NCBI GenBank assembly: GCA_022605425.2
Contig: CM061251.1
Coordinates: forward strand, 62,001-126,000
Direction of reading: 5' to 3'
Origin: Hamiltosporidium tvaerminnensis FI-OER-3-3
Lineage: Eukaryota; Fungi; Microsporidia
DNA: 64,000 nt
Position 1 is the first letter of the stretch, and every line of letters begins with the position of its first letter. A model generated the notes under the pieces. That model saw only the letters and a program-made list of their open reading frames with translations, searched no databases and was not told the origin of the DNA. This document shows positions 50,137-61,154 of this stretch, piece after piece. The position numbers and the translations under genes are program-made.

Positions 50137-53100
50137 ATGAACATAAACGGTTTCCCAACGAAAATTTCATTTTCCACATACAACCACCAACAAATAAAAG
50201 AATTATCAAAAATAAAAATAACAACATCCACACCTTTCGACACATTAGGAAATCCAATAAAAAACGGTTTATACGATACATCTTTAGGTCCACTTACCAA
50301 CAAAGAGACATGTACATCATGTCATCTCAATTTCTTTGAATGTCCCGGACACTTCGGATATATTGAGTTACCTATGTGTGTGTATAATCCTATGCATTTC
50401 GATTCATTACTTAAAATTCTTAGAAACTCATGTCTCAATTGCCACACTCTCAAAGAAAAGCTTGTATTCAGCAAAAGAAAAAATATCAATAGTGATATAG
50501 ATAATGGTGAGAATGGTGATATAGACCTTAGTGATACAGAGAATACTAATATAGACTATACTAATATAGACAATACTAATACATACCATACTGATACATA
50601 CCATACTGATACATACCATACTGATACATACCATACTGATACATACCATACTGATACATACCATACTAACAACATACCTCATAATATACCACATAATATA
50701 CCAAACACAAGTATAAATAACAACATACTAAACACAAGTATAAATAACAACATACCACATAATATACCACATAATATACCTCATAATATACCAAACAATA
50801 ATAATCATTTTACTGTTGACCCTCTTAAAATCCTCTTTAAAAACACCCACAAAAAATGTAAAAAATGCAAACAAAAAACCCCACAAATAACCCACCACAA
50901 ACACTTATACATCCTTATAAACAACACCCCTACCCCACTACTCCAAATACAAACCCACATATCAAAATTATACCTTAAAGAAAACCACCACCCCTTTTTA
51001 AATCCAAATATTTTTTTCCTTATAAATATACCAGTAACACCTAATAAATTTAGACCACTTAGTTATATTAACGGTAACACATTTGAACATCCACAAAATA
51101 TAATTTTATCTAAAATTATAAAAGTAAGCGAAGAACTCAAAGAAGGAACAGGTAACAGTGGGGGTATGGATAGGGATATTAGTAACAGTGGAGATATTAG
51201 TAATAGGGATATTAGTACTAGGGATAATAGTACTAGGAATAATAACATAAAAGACACTAAAGACATAATAGACACTAAAGACATAAAAGACATAAAAGAC
51301 ATAATAGACACTAAAGACACTATCACACCCCTTGTATCCTCTCTACAACTCTCTGTTAATATGTATTATGACTCTTCTTGTGTTCGTGTTAAAGGTAAAA
51401 CACTTCTTATAGGTTTAAAACAATTATTAGAAAAAAAAGAAGGTTTATTTCGTAAGAATATAATGGGTAAACGTGTTAATTATGCAGCTAGATCAGTAAT
51501 ATCACCTGATCCATGTTTACATACTAAAGAAATTGGTATTCCTATAGAAATAGCAAGTAAATTAACATTTCCTGAACAAGTAACACCTTATAATATAAAT
51601 AGATTAAAAAAATATATTATTAACGGTAATTCATATCCAGGTGCTGTATTATTAGAAAATAAGAATATAATAACACATTTACAATATATAGGATTAGAAA
51701 AGAGAATAGCACTTAGTAACTCACTATCATATGTGTGTGGTGGTGGTGTGTGTGGTAGTTTTGGTGGTAGTAATAACGGTAATAACGATAACAGTAATAA
51801 CGGTAGTAACTTAGTAAACAACAATAACACAACCAACACAATAGTCTATAGACACTTACTAGATAATGATTATGTCTTAGTAAATAGACAACCTACTCTA
51901 CATAAACCAAGTATAATGTCTCATAGAGTTAAAGTACTTAAATATGAAAAGACACTTCGTATGCATTATGCTAATTGTAACAGTTATAATGCAGATTTTG
52001 ATGGAGATGAAATTAATATACATTTACCACAAGATGTTATATCACAAGTAGAAGCACAGATGTTAAGTTGTACTGATAGTAATTATACTGTATGGACTAA
52101 TGGGTCACCTATAAGAGGACTTGTACAGGATCATGTTATTGTAGGAACAAGGTTGTGTATGAAAGGGGTGTTTTATAGTAAAAGGGAGATGGAGGAGTAT
52201 ATAAGTGAGGTAAGGGGTGGTGATATAGGTGTGGGGGGTGATATAGGTATGGGTGGTGATATAGGTGTGGGTGATATGATATATGGTAGTAGTAATAAAG
52301 ATAGTAATAAAGATAAATATAAAGATAAAGATAAGGATAAAGATAAAGGATATAATGATAACAACCATACTAACAACAATACTAATAACAACACCACTAA
52401 TAATATCACTAGTCTCCTTCTAATTCCTCCTGCTATTCTTAGACCTGTTAGGTTATATACTGGTAAACAACTAATATCTTGTATTTTATTATCTTTAAAT
52501 ATAAAAATAACATATAAAGGTAAATCTAAAGTACCTTTTAATTGTACAGATAAATATACTTTAATAATTAAAGGGTATTTATTAACAGGTGTTATTGATA
52601 AGAATCAATTAGGTTCTGTTAATAAATCATTTATACATTATTGTAGTGTTATTTATAATAAAGAAATATGTAATGAATTATTAAGTGTATTTAGTAGAGT
52701 ATTTAATAGAATTATGGTTAGTGATGGTGTTAGTGTAGGGATTAAGGATATTATGTTGTGTAATGATTTTAAAAGGAGTGATATGATAAAGGTATGTAGA
52801 GAGAGGGGGAGAATAAAGGGTGAGGGTGATTATGAGGGTGGGGGTGATTATGAGGGTGGGGGTGATTATGAGGGTAATGATATTGATTATGAGGGTGGGG
52901 GTGATTATGAGGGTAATGTATTAGAGGGTGATATGATAAAGGGTGTTAGTGAACAGGATATGTTAGAGGGTGTTAGTGATAGTACTAGTAGTTATAAGGG
53001 TGTTAGTGATAAGGATAGTAGTTATAAGGGTGTTAGTGATCTTACATGTAATTTAGAGGGTGATAACACTACTACTAATACTTTACACCCTGTTAACACC

Positions 53101-55341
53101 ACTACTAATACTTTACACCCTGTTAACACCACTACTAATACTTTACACCCTGTTAACACCACTACTAATACTTTACACCCTGTTAACACCACTACTAATA
53201 CTTTACACCCTGTTAACAACACTACTAATAAACAACACCCTGTTAACAACACTACTAATAAACAACACCCCTCCACCAACACCACTCCTCATACAACCAC
53301 CCACATACAAAATAACACTTCTAAAAGACTTAAACCTTTATCACCTATAAATAACCCTTCTGAGTCACAAATTAAAACCCTTATGTCTGAATGTACTACT
53401 ACAATGATAAATGACTTACTACCCTCTTATTTACTAACCCCTTTTCCATATAACACCTTCTATTTAATAATAACCAGTGGTGCTAAAGGTAGTATTGTAA
53501 ATTTAAGTCAAATAAGTGTATTACTAGGACAACAAGAATTAGAAGGTAAAAGAGTAAGTAATATGATAAGTAATAAAACATTACCTTGTTATTCTATAAA
53601 AGATATGATAGAAATAGAAAGTAAAGGATTTATATTTGATAGGTTTTTAACAGGTATTAAAGAAAATATGTATTTTTTTCATTGTATGGCAGGTAGAGAA
53701 GGTCTTATTGATACAGCAGTTAAAACTAGTAAATCAGGATATTTACAAAGATGTTTAGTTAAACATATGGAAGGTGTTAAAGTAGAATATGATATGAGTG
53801 TTAGACAAGGTAAAAAGGTAATACAATTTATATATGGAGATGATGGTATAGACTGTAGTAAATGGAGTCTTATAAGAGAGTATGATATGTACAAAGAGAA
53901 TTGTGGTTATGGTGATAGTAATAGGGTTAGGGATAGTACTAGAGATAGGGATTGGGATAGGGATAGTAATACTATTAGTAATAGTAACCCTTTTAGTATT
54001 TATGGTAGGATATCTACCCCTATATTTAATAATAATAATACTACCCCTATATCTACCCCTATATCTAATAATATATCTACCCCTTTATCTAATAATATAT
54101 CTACCCCTATATCTATGTCTAGTGTTATTAATTATTTCCCTCCTCAACTGTTTATTCCTTCTTTAAAATACTTTGAGGATTTAAAAGTATATTGTGATAA
54201 GAATATAGGTTATAATGGTGATAGTAATAGGGATATAAGTAATAGGGATATAGGTAATAGGGATATAGGTAATAGGGATATAGGTAATAGGGATATAGGT
54301 AATAGGGATATAGGTAATAGGGATATAGGTAATAGGGATATAGGTAATAGGGATATAGGTAATAGGGATAGTATTAGTAATAGGGATATAGGTAATAATA
54401 ATGATTTACGTAATAATGAAATACCTTATAATAATGAAATACCTTATAATAACAGTTTAAGGAATTATAACGATATACCTTTTAATAACCATAATAATAC
54501 TAACACTAATACTACTAATACTAATACCTCTAATACTAATCATAACACTAATCATAACACTAATAATAATACTACTAATACTAATATTCTTGTTAGTTAC
54601 ATTTTAAAAAAATACATTTCAAGTTTGGTTGTAGCTGGTGAGTCAGTAGGTGTATTAGCTGCACAGAGTATAGGTGAACCTTCTACACAAATGACTCTAA
54701 ACACTTTTCATTTAGCAGGTGTAGGTTCTAAAAATGTAACACTTGGAATACCAAGATTACGTGAAATATTAATGGTAGCTTCTAAGAAAATACAGACACC
54801 TGTTATTAGTGTAAGGTATTATAATATTTCTAATGTTTTATTAGAAAGAGTAATGAGTTGTGTTGTTTTAAAGGAATGTGTAGATAGGATTAGTGTTAGT
54901 GAGATAGGTAATAGGATTAGTGTTAATCTAGAGATAAACGGTAGGTATTTTATGGGGGGTATAAGTAGGGGTGGGGAGTGTGGTGGGTGTATTGGTGATA
55001 GTAAGGAGTATGATAGTGGTAGTAGTATTGGTGGTGGTAAGGAGTATGATAATAATACTAATAATATAGATAATACTAATAATATAGATAATACTAATAA
55101 TATAGATAATACTAATAATACTAATAATATAACAGATACTAACACACTAAATACTAATAACACTATAAATACTAACACTATAAATGATAATAACACTAAT
55201 TCTTATGTTGTTACTTCTTCTTCTATTTATAAGGTTGTTAAAGGTAAATATTTAAAGATGGTTGATAAGAGTATAAAGAATCTTTATGGTGTATTAAATA
55301 ATTATAAAGGGAGTTGTATAAAGGTAAGGGGTGGAGGGAGT

Positions 55342-55374
<33 letters not shown>

Positions 55375-56280
55375 AATAGTGGTAGTAGTGAGGGGAGTAG
55401 TGAGGAGAGTAAGGAGATAGATGAAGAATATATAGGAAAGGTAGAAGATAGTAGTGAGGAGGATGAGGGTGAGGATGAGGGTGAGGGTGAAGGTGATAGG
55501 AGAAAGGATAAGAAGAAGGATAAGAGAAAAGATAGGAGAAAGGATAAGAAAAAGGATAAAAAGAAGGATAAGAAAAAGAAGAATAACCATACAAAAAACA
55601 AGAATAACCACCCAAATACAAATACAAAGAATAATATCAGATTCTATTGTATTTCTAACTTAGAAACCTCTTTTGTTGGTAGAATTATAAATTTAAGTTT
55701 TGATTTAAATTTTGATAAAAATATAATTTTATTTCCTATTTTAGAAGATACATTAAATAAAGTGATAGTTAGATGTGTAGAAGGTTTAAGAAATCCTATA
55801 TGTGATAAGAATATATTAAATATAAATGGTAATGATTTATATTCTTTATGTTCAGTAGTAAATATAAATAAAAATATAAAAAATTATAAAAATTTTTTAG
55901 ATATAGAAAAGTCATATTGTAATGATGTATATGGTATGTATAAGATATTAGGAGTTGAAGGGTGTAGAAGTGTATTGGTACGAGAAATAGAGAGTGTTTT
56001 TGATGTTTATGGTATAGGTGTTGATAAGAGACATTTAGGATTAATTTCTGATTATTTGTTGGTAGATGGTGTGTATTCTAGTTTTAGTAGATTTGGGATG
56101 GAAAAAAGTGAATCTATTTTGTTAAAAATGAGTTTTGAGAGTTGTTATTCTGTGTTGAGAGATGCTAGTCATAGAGAGTTAGGGGATTGTTTGGAAGGAC
56201 CGAGTGGTTGTTTAACTGTTGGGTTGCCTGTTAGAAATGGGACAGGGTGTTTTGAGTTGCTTTATGATATGGAAGAGTAA
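50137..56280 (+). CDS. RPA1: DNA-directed RNA polymerase I largest subunit (A190) with multiple low-complexity inserts
   Basis: GLYD..LGP, CPGHFGYIELP, KKEGLFRKNIMGKRVNYAARSVISPDP, NRQPTLHKPSIM, HYANCNSYNADFDGD, HCMAGREGLIDTAVKTS and TQMTLNTFHLAG...NVTLGIPRLREI (Pol I-type signatures). Confidence 0.97.
52920..53275 (+). repeat. In-frame 30-bp tandem array within RPA1 (LEGVSDSTSS-type then LHPVNTTTNT-type units)
   Basis: GGGTG(T/A) at 30-bp spacing up to ~53060, then ACACCCT at 30-bp spacing to ~53270. Confidence 0.95.
54226..54395 (+). repeat. In-frame 15-bp array (AATAGGGATATAGGT; NRDIG) within RPA1
   Basis: About ten near-perfect copies. Confidence 0.95.
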
Positions 56281-56299
56281 AAATAAAGCGATAAATATA

Positions 56300-56630
56300 T
56301 TTTTGTTATGTGTTATGTGTGTTTGTTATGTGTATTTGTTATTTGTTATGTGTGTTTGTTATTTGTTATGTTATTTGTTAGTACTATTAGTAGTTCTTAG
56401 TATTTATTAGTAGTGTTTCTTATTAGTAGTTCTTAGTATTTCTTTATTTTCTTAGTATTTATTGTTAGTTCTTAGTACTAGTAGTTCTTAATACTATGTT
56501 AGTTCTTAGTACTAGTAGTTCTTAATACTATGTTATTTGTTAGTGTTTCTTTATTTTCTTAGTACTATGTTAGTTCTTAGTATTTATTGTTAGTTCTTAG
56601 TACTATGTTATTTGTTAGTGTTTCTTTATT
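56300..56630. repeat. G/T-rich short-period repeats 3' of RPA1
   Basis: TTTGTTATG and TTAGTTCTTAGTA units. Confidence 0.85.
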
Positions 56631-56883
56631 TACTATAAACTTCTATTTTTTATGTTTAAAGGTGTTTCTTTTCTATTCGTTTATATTGAGATTACTATAA
56701 ACTTCTATTTTTTATGTTTAAAGGTGTTTCTTTTCTATTCGTTTATATTGAGATTACTATAAACTTCTATTTTTTATGTTTAAAGGTGTTTCTTTTCTAT
56801 TCGTTTATATTGAGATTACTATAAACTTCTATTTTTTATGTTTAAAGGTGTTTCTTTTCTATTCGTTTATATTGGGATTACTT
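56631..56883. repeat. 62-bp minisatellite x4
   Basis: TACTATAAAC recurs at 56631, 56693, 56755 and 56817. Confidence 0.95.
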
Positions 56884-57013
56884 TAAATTATATGGTTATC
56901 TAATTTTAAAGTGATTTTAAAGTCTTTAGTTTTTTTAATATTATAATTACTTTGTAACTCTATTGTATTTGTAAATGAATATTTATTATTTGTTTTTAGT
57001 TCGTTATAATATT

Positions 57014-57265
57014 CTATGTAGGGTATTTGGATTACAATGTGGTGTTTAAATTTAAAGAAAACTGTATTTTTTTATTGATTAGTAAGTGTCTATGTAGGGT
57101 ATTTGGATTTAAGTGTGGTGTTTGAATATTAAAGAAAACTGTATTTTTTTATTGATTAGTAAGTGTCTATGTAGGGTATTTGGATTTAAGTGTGGTGTAT
57201 GAATTTTAAAGAAAACTGTATTTTTTTATTGATTAGTAAGTGTCTATGTAGGGTATTTGGATTTT
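57014..57265. repeat. ~77-bp minisatellite x3.3
   Basis: TATGTAGGGTATTTGGATT at 57015, 57091, 57168 and 57245. Confidence 0.95.
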
Positions 57266-57340
57266 TTAAGTGTAATACTTAAAATTATATTACGGTATGT
57301 ATATGTCTATATTTCATAGTTGTTTATATGTAAAAAATTA

Positions 57341-57590
57341 TTTAATAAAATTTTGAGTTAAAATTGTTTTTTAGGATTTTTTATACTTTTTCTTCTACCT
57401 CTTTACAAAATAGAATTTATTTAATAAAATTCTGGGTTAAAATTGTTTTTTAGGATTTTTTATACTTTTTCTTCTACCTCTTTACAAAATAGAATTTATT
57501 TAATAAAATTCTGAGTTAAAATTGTTTTTTAGGATTTTTTATACTTTTTTTATGTCTCTTTTACCACTGTTGTTTCTTCTTTTAAATAGT
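57341..57590 (-). repeat. 79-bp tandem triplication derived from the 3' terminus of the R4/Dong-like LINE
   Basis: The unit TTTAATAAAATT(T/C)TG(A/G)GTTAAAATT...TTTTCTTCTACCTCTTTA matches 18722-18785. Confidence 0.75.
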
Positions 57591-58699
57591 TTATTATAAA
57601 TATAATCTTGGATAATATTTCTTTTTTGTTTTTCTGGGTTAAAAGTTGAGATTGTGGGATTTGTTTTATATAAAAATATATTTGCTTTCATTAAAATATT
57701 TTATTTGTGTTTATTTCAATATTTTATTTGCTTTCATTAAGAAGTTCTTTGTGTTTATTTCAATATTTTATTAATTTAAGTAATTTTAGTTATATTCTTA
57801 TTTTCTTATTGAATGGTGGAGGGATAATATCGACATAAAAAACTTTCTGCTTGGCAATGAATATGTGGAACTGGTGTGATGACTATTTTTTGGATTTTTG
57901 GTGGGAATAAAACCACACTACATCTTCGGTTTTTTAATTAGAGTTGTTATGAAGAGGAGAGGTCTAAGAAATAACTAAACTTTTTCTACGAATTTATTTG
58001 TAGTTTTTTATGTAACTAGATTGCTGGCCGTAGTTGGACTTGTAGGTAATTATCATAGAAATGTATGGAAACTTGGATTTGCTCACTCGGGTTAGAAGAC
58101 TTAGCGCCTGGGAGATATAAAACAAAAAACCATTAAAAGCCGGGATAGCTAAGTAGCAGATTATACCTGTTGATATTACATTGCACTGTCTAGGTGGAAC
58201 CCATGTAAATCTCTGATATATATTAGTTAGAAGTTTATTGGGTTCAGGAAGTGTAGAGTAAGTGAGAATGCTGCATAGTCTTGGGGAAGCCCGGAGAAGG
58301 CTTTAGCCTTCGATCAAACTTTGTGTAACGGACATAATAGACCACCGGGCAACAACATCGCCTATTAATTAGGTTATACACACCTGGTAGATGAAAGGCT
58401 TTTTTATGTAAGTATTTTTAAGAGATACTGAGGGAGTGTTGTCAAGCAGTTAGATGTAAAACTTAGAACTGCGTTAATGTCATAAAACAAAAAAAACACA
58501 TGCCACTGTTTTAAAAAGATGTGATAGTCCTTTGGATCTATTTAATTAATTACTTCTTTTAATTTGGATAGATTCCTTTCGATTTTAATTTGTTACCAAC
58601 TTACTGTCTGCATTACTGCGATAATAGAATAAAGAAAATTTAAGGGAAATAATATAAAACGTCATATAAAGTTTATCAATTACAATAGTATTTATATAT

Positions 58700-60620
58700 C
58701 TCTTGGTGTCTTTTTTTTATTAATATTTTTGTTTTTTATCTGGTGTCTATACAACAAAATCGGAAAGGGCTTTAACGAATAAAGTGTAAACATAAAGTTG
58801 CCATGTGAAAGCCCTTTCAAACCAAATTTATTCTATTATTCGCTTTGTTTACTCTTGTTCTTTGTATATTATCCTTACAAAAGTGGGTCGCAAAAATAGT
58901 AAAAGTTTAATTGACATATTTGTCGGAACCATTGATATGGGAGTGAACATTATATCATCACTTAATGGTTTTAATTCGAAACTGTTGCTTCTAAGACATT
59001 TTTAATACTCTAGGTTACTAAAAGTTTCGGCTGTTACAAAATGATAGCGGATTTATGTTCCAGAAAGAATGATATGTACTAATTTTTTTATTAAAATGTG
59101 TGATTAATACCTGGCGAATCTAAATAATTAAATAAATTTCTAGTTAATTGGCCACAATGTCTCCATTCAATACGTTATATTTAAATTATATGTTGTGAAC
59201 TTGCCGTTTTCATTTATATTTGTATTCGTGACATTCTTACGAGTGAAGTTCTTTATTACGCTTGTCCCTTCGTTATGACTGCTAAACTCCAATAACTCGA
59301 ACTCGATCTATTCTGCGACGTCTTTCGGAAGAGGCGTGGCGTATTTACGGATTTCCCTTTTATCCATACTTGCTATATCATCTCTTTCACGACTCTCAGC
59401 TAAAAACGTCAATAACAATCTTTTTTATGATTTTTTGAATACACACAAATATTCAACTTTCAATATTTGCAATTTCACTCTCTATATTCTTCAATTAATT
59501 GTATTCTGTGCATAAAGGTCGTCTTAAGTGGCTTCGTTTGTAAATATTTTTTACTTCTTTATAGTCGTTGCCGGCTTATATCCTTTTGTTGTAGTTTCGA
59601 TCCTAGTATGCAAGCGATTGATATCCGGTTTTTAATTGATTTGCGTATAACGTGGATGAATGGAAACAAGTTAGATGTCTTTAATTTTTGCCTTCAAGTG
59701 AGTGTACTTGCGAGTGTGTATATGTGTTCAAATTGGGGCAAGCATATGTAATTGCAAGAATGAAGTGATATATTTGATAGTTATGAATAGGTCTTGGTCC
59801 ATTCTTTCACAATATCGATAAGCGAAAAGGTTTTTTTATCGAAAAAGCAATCCATCAATTGCCAGACTTGGAACTTTAAAACTGAGATTTGCCTTCCTTT
59901 GTTTTTAAAAAACCTAAATAATACATGCCTCGAACCAAGGATGATGTTTGAGCATTAATAGGAATAGTTGGGGAACAAAATCCGTCTTTGGTTGATGTCA
60001 TCCTACAAAATTTGATCATGGAATGTGATTCATCGTGTAACTGCGTCATTTATGTCTGCTCATTCTCAATATCTAGCAATTTTTATATCAAACATTTGGC
60101 ACATATTTCATTTTCCAGTTAAGTATAGATATGAGTGTTTACTATAATTTTTTTTGCATTTTGCGAAAAAAAGGATGATTCGAGACATTCATTGTGGTTT
60201 ATTAGTCGTGTTGAAGGTGAACCCAATGTTCGAATATTACGAAAATAACCAGACAATAAAATTAGGCATCCACTAAAGGACTCTAGCATTTCTTCTCGGA
60301 TTTTGCTCTGTACGATCAAATGCTTCCAGTGTGTTCAGTCGCGACTTTACACCTGTCCCATATATTACGTTTAGATCTTTCGAGAACTTTACCGATTCGA
60401 AAATTTTACTAAAATTGCATGTCAATGTTTGCTTGGTTATCAAATTAAGTGGAAATTTTAAGAATAAATGCGGATCATACCACCATGCAAAATTTTGCTG
60501 CAGTTGTAGAAAAAGGAAAAAAGGCGATAGATTTAAGATAGAAAAATTAGCTCTTTTTAATAATAGTTCTATATTATTACCACAACACCCTTTGAAGCAT
60601 TTAACTTTCAAATAACACCC
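58700..60620 (-). pseudogene. Unidentified decayed coding sequence (GC-richer than flanks)
   Basis: Successive stop-interrupted minus-strand reading frames (e.g. 60273-60611, 60119-60319, ~59170-59420). No family motif recognised. Confidence 0.3.
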
Positions 60621-61154
60621 GCTTTCTTATTTTTCCATACATTAACACCCTAAACACACAGCAATCCGTACAAACCCCCTTTAACCTAATACACATTTTC
60701 GAAAGCGACTTTTAAATCACCGAATTCTTATCAACTTCTTTAACATAATACGTAATATATTAGCACCATATAAATCATTTACTCTTTGTATTTTTTTTTT
60801 AATAAAAATCACTTAATTTATTTTTTTGTTAATCTATCTTTATGATGAAAACTATACCTCTTTATATAAATTATGACACCCTTTATTTACCTATATTATA
60901 CACACACATATAAATTCGTTCATTTTCTAAATATAAATAGATTATGGAAATTAAATAAATTAATTTTTTTTTGGAATTTGTTTTATGATTGAATACAATA
61001 AAAGCGATATTAATTCAACTGATCATAATAATTTGATTAAATAATGAATCAGTAAAAAAAATAATTTTGAAAAATAGCAAATAAAAATCAAGACTAATAA
61101 TCTATCTTTTTTTGGTAAATTATACGATTCATAATTCGAAAAAATTATAATACC

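Noticed and set aside
53920-53935. GGGTTAGGG as telomerase-added sequence
   Set aside because: It is a single occurrence in a G-rich insert, with no TTAGGG array.
50480-55640. RPA1 inserts as spliceosomal introns or inteins
   Set aside because: No consistent GTAAGT...AG boundaries or intein terminal motifs were seen, and all inserts preserve a stop-free frame.
50428-55663. Many short alternative-frame and antisense ORFs within RPA1
   Set aside because: They are shadows of low-complexity repeats that lack stops in some frames.
57810-58450. GC-richer stretch with GAGGGAGTGTTG as an LTR-element PPT/LTR junction
   Set aside because: No paired LTR or gag/pol motif could be read.
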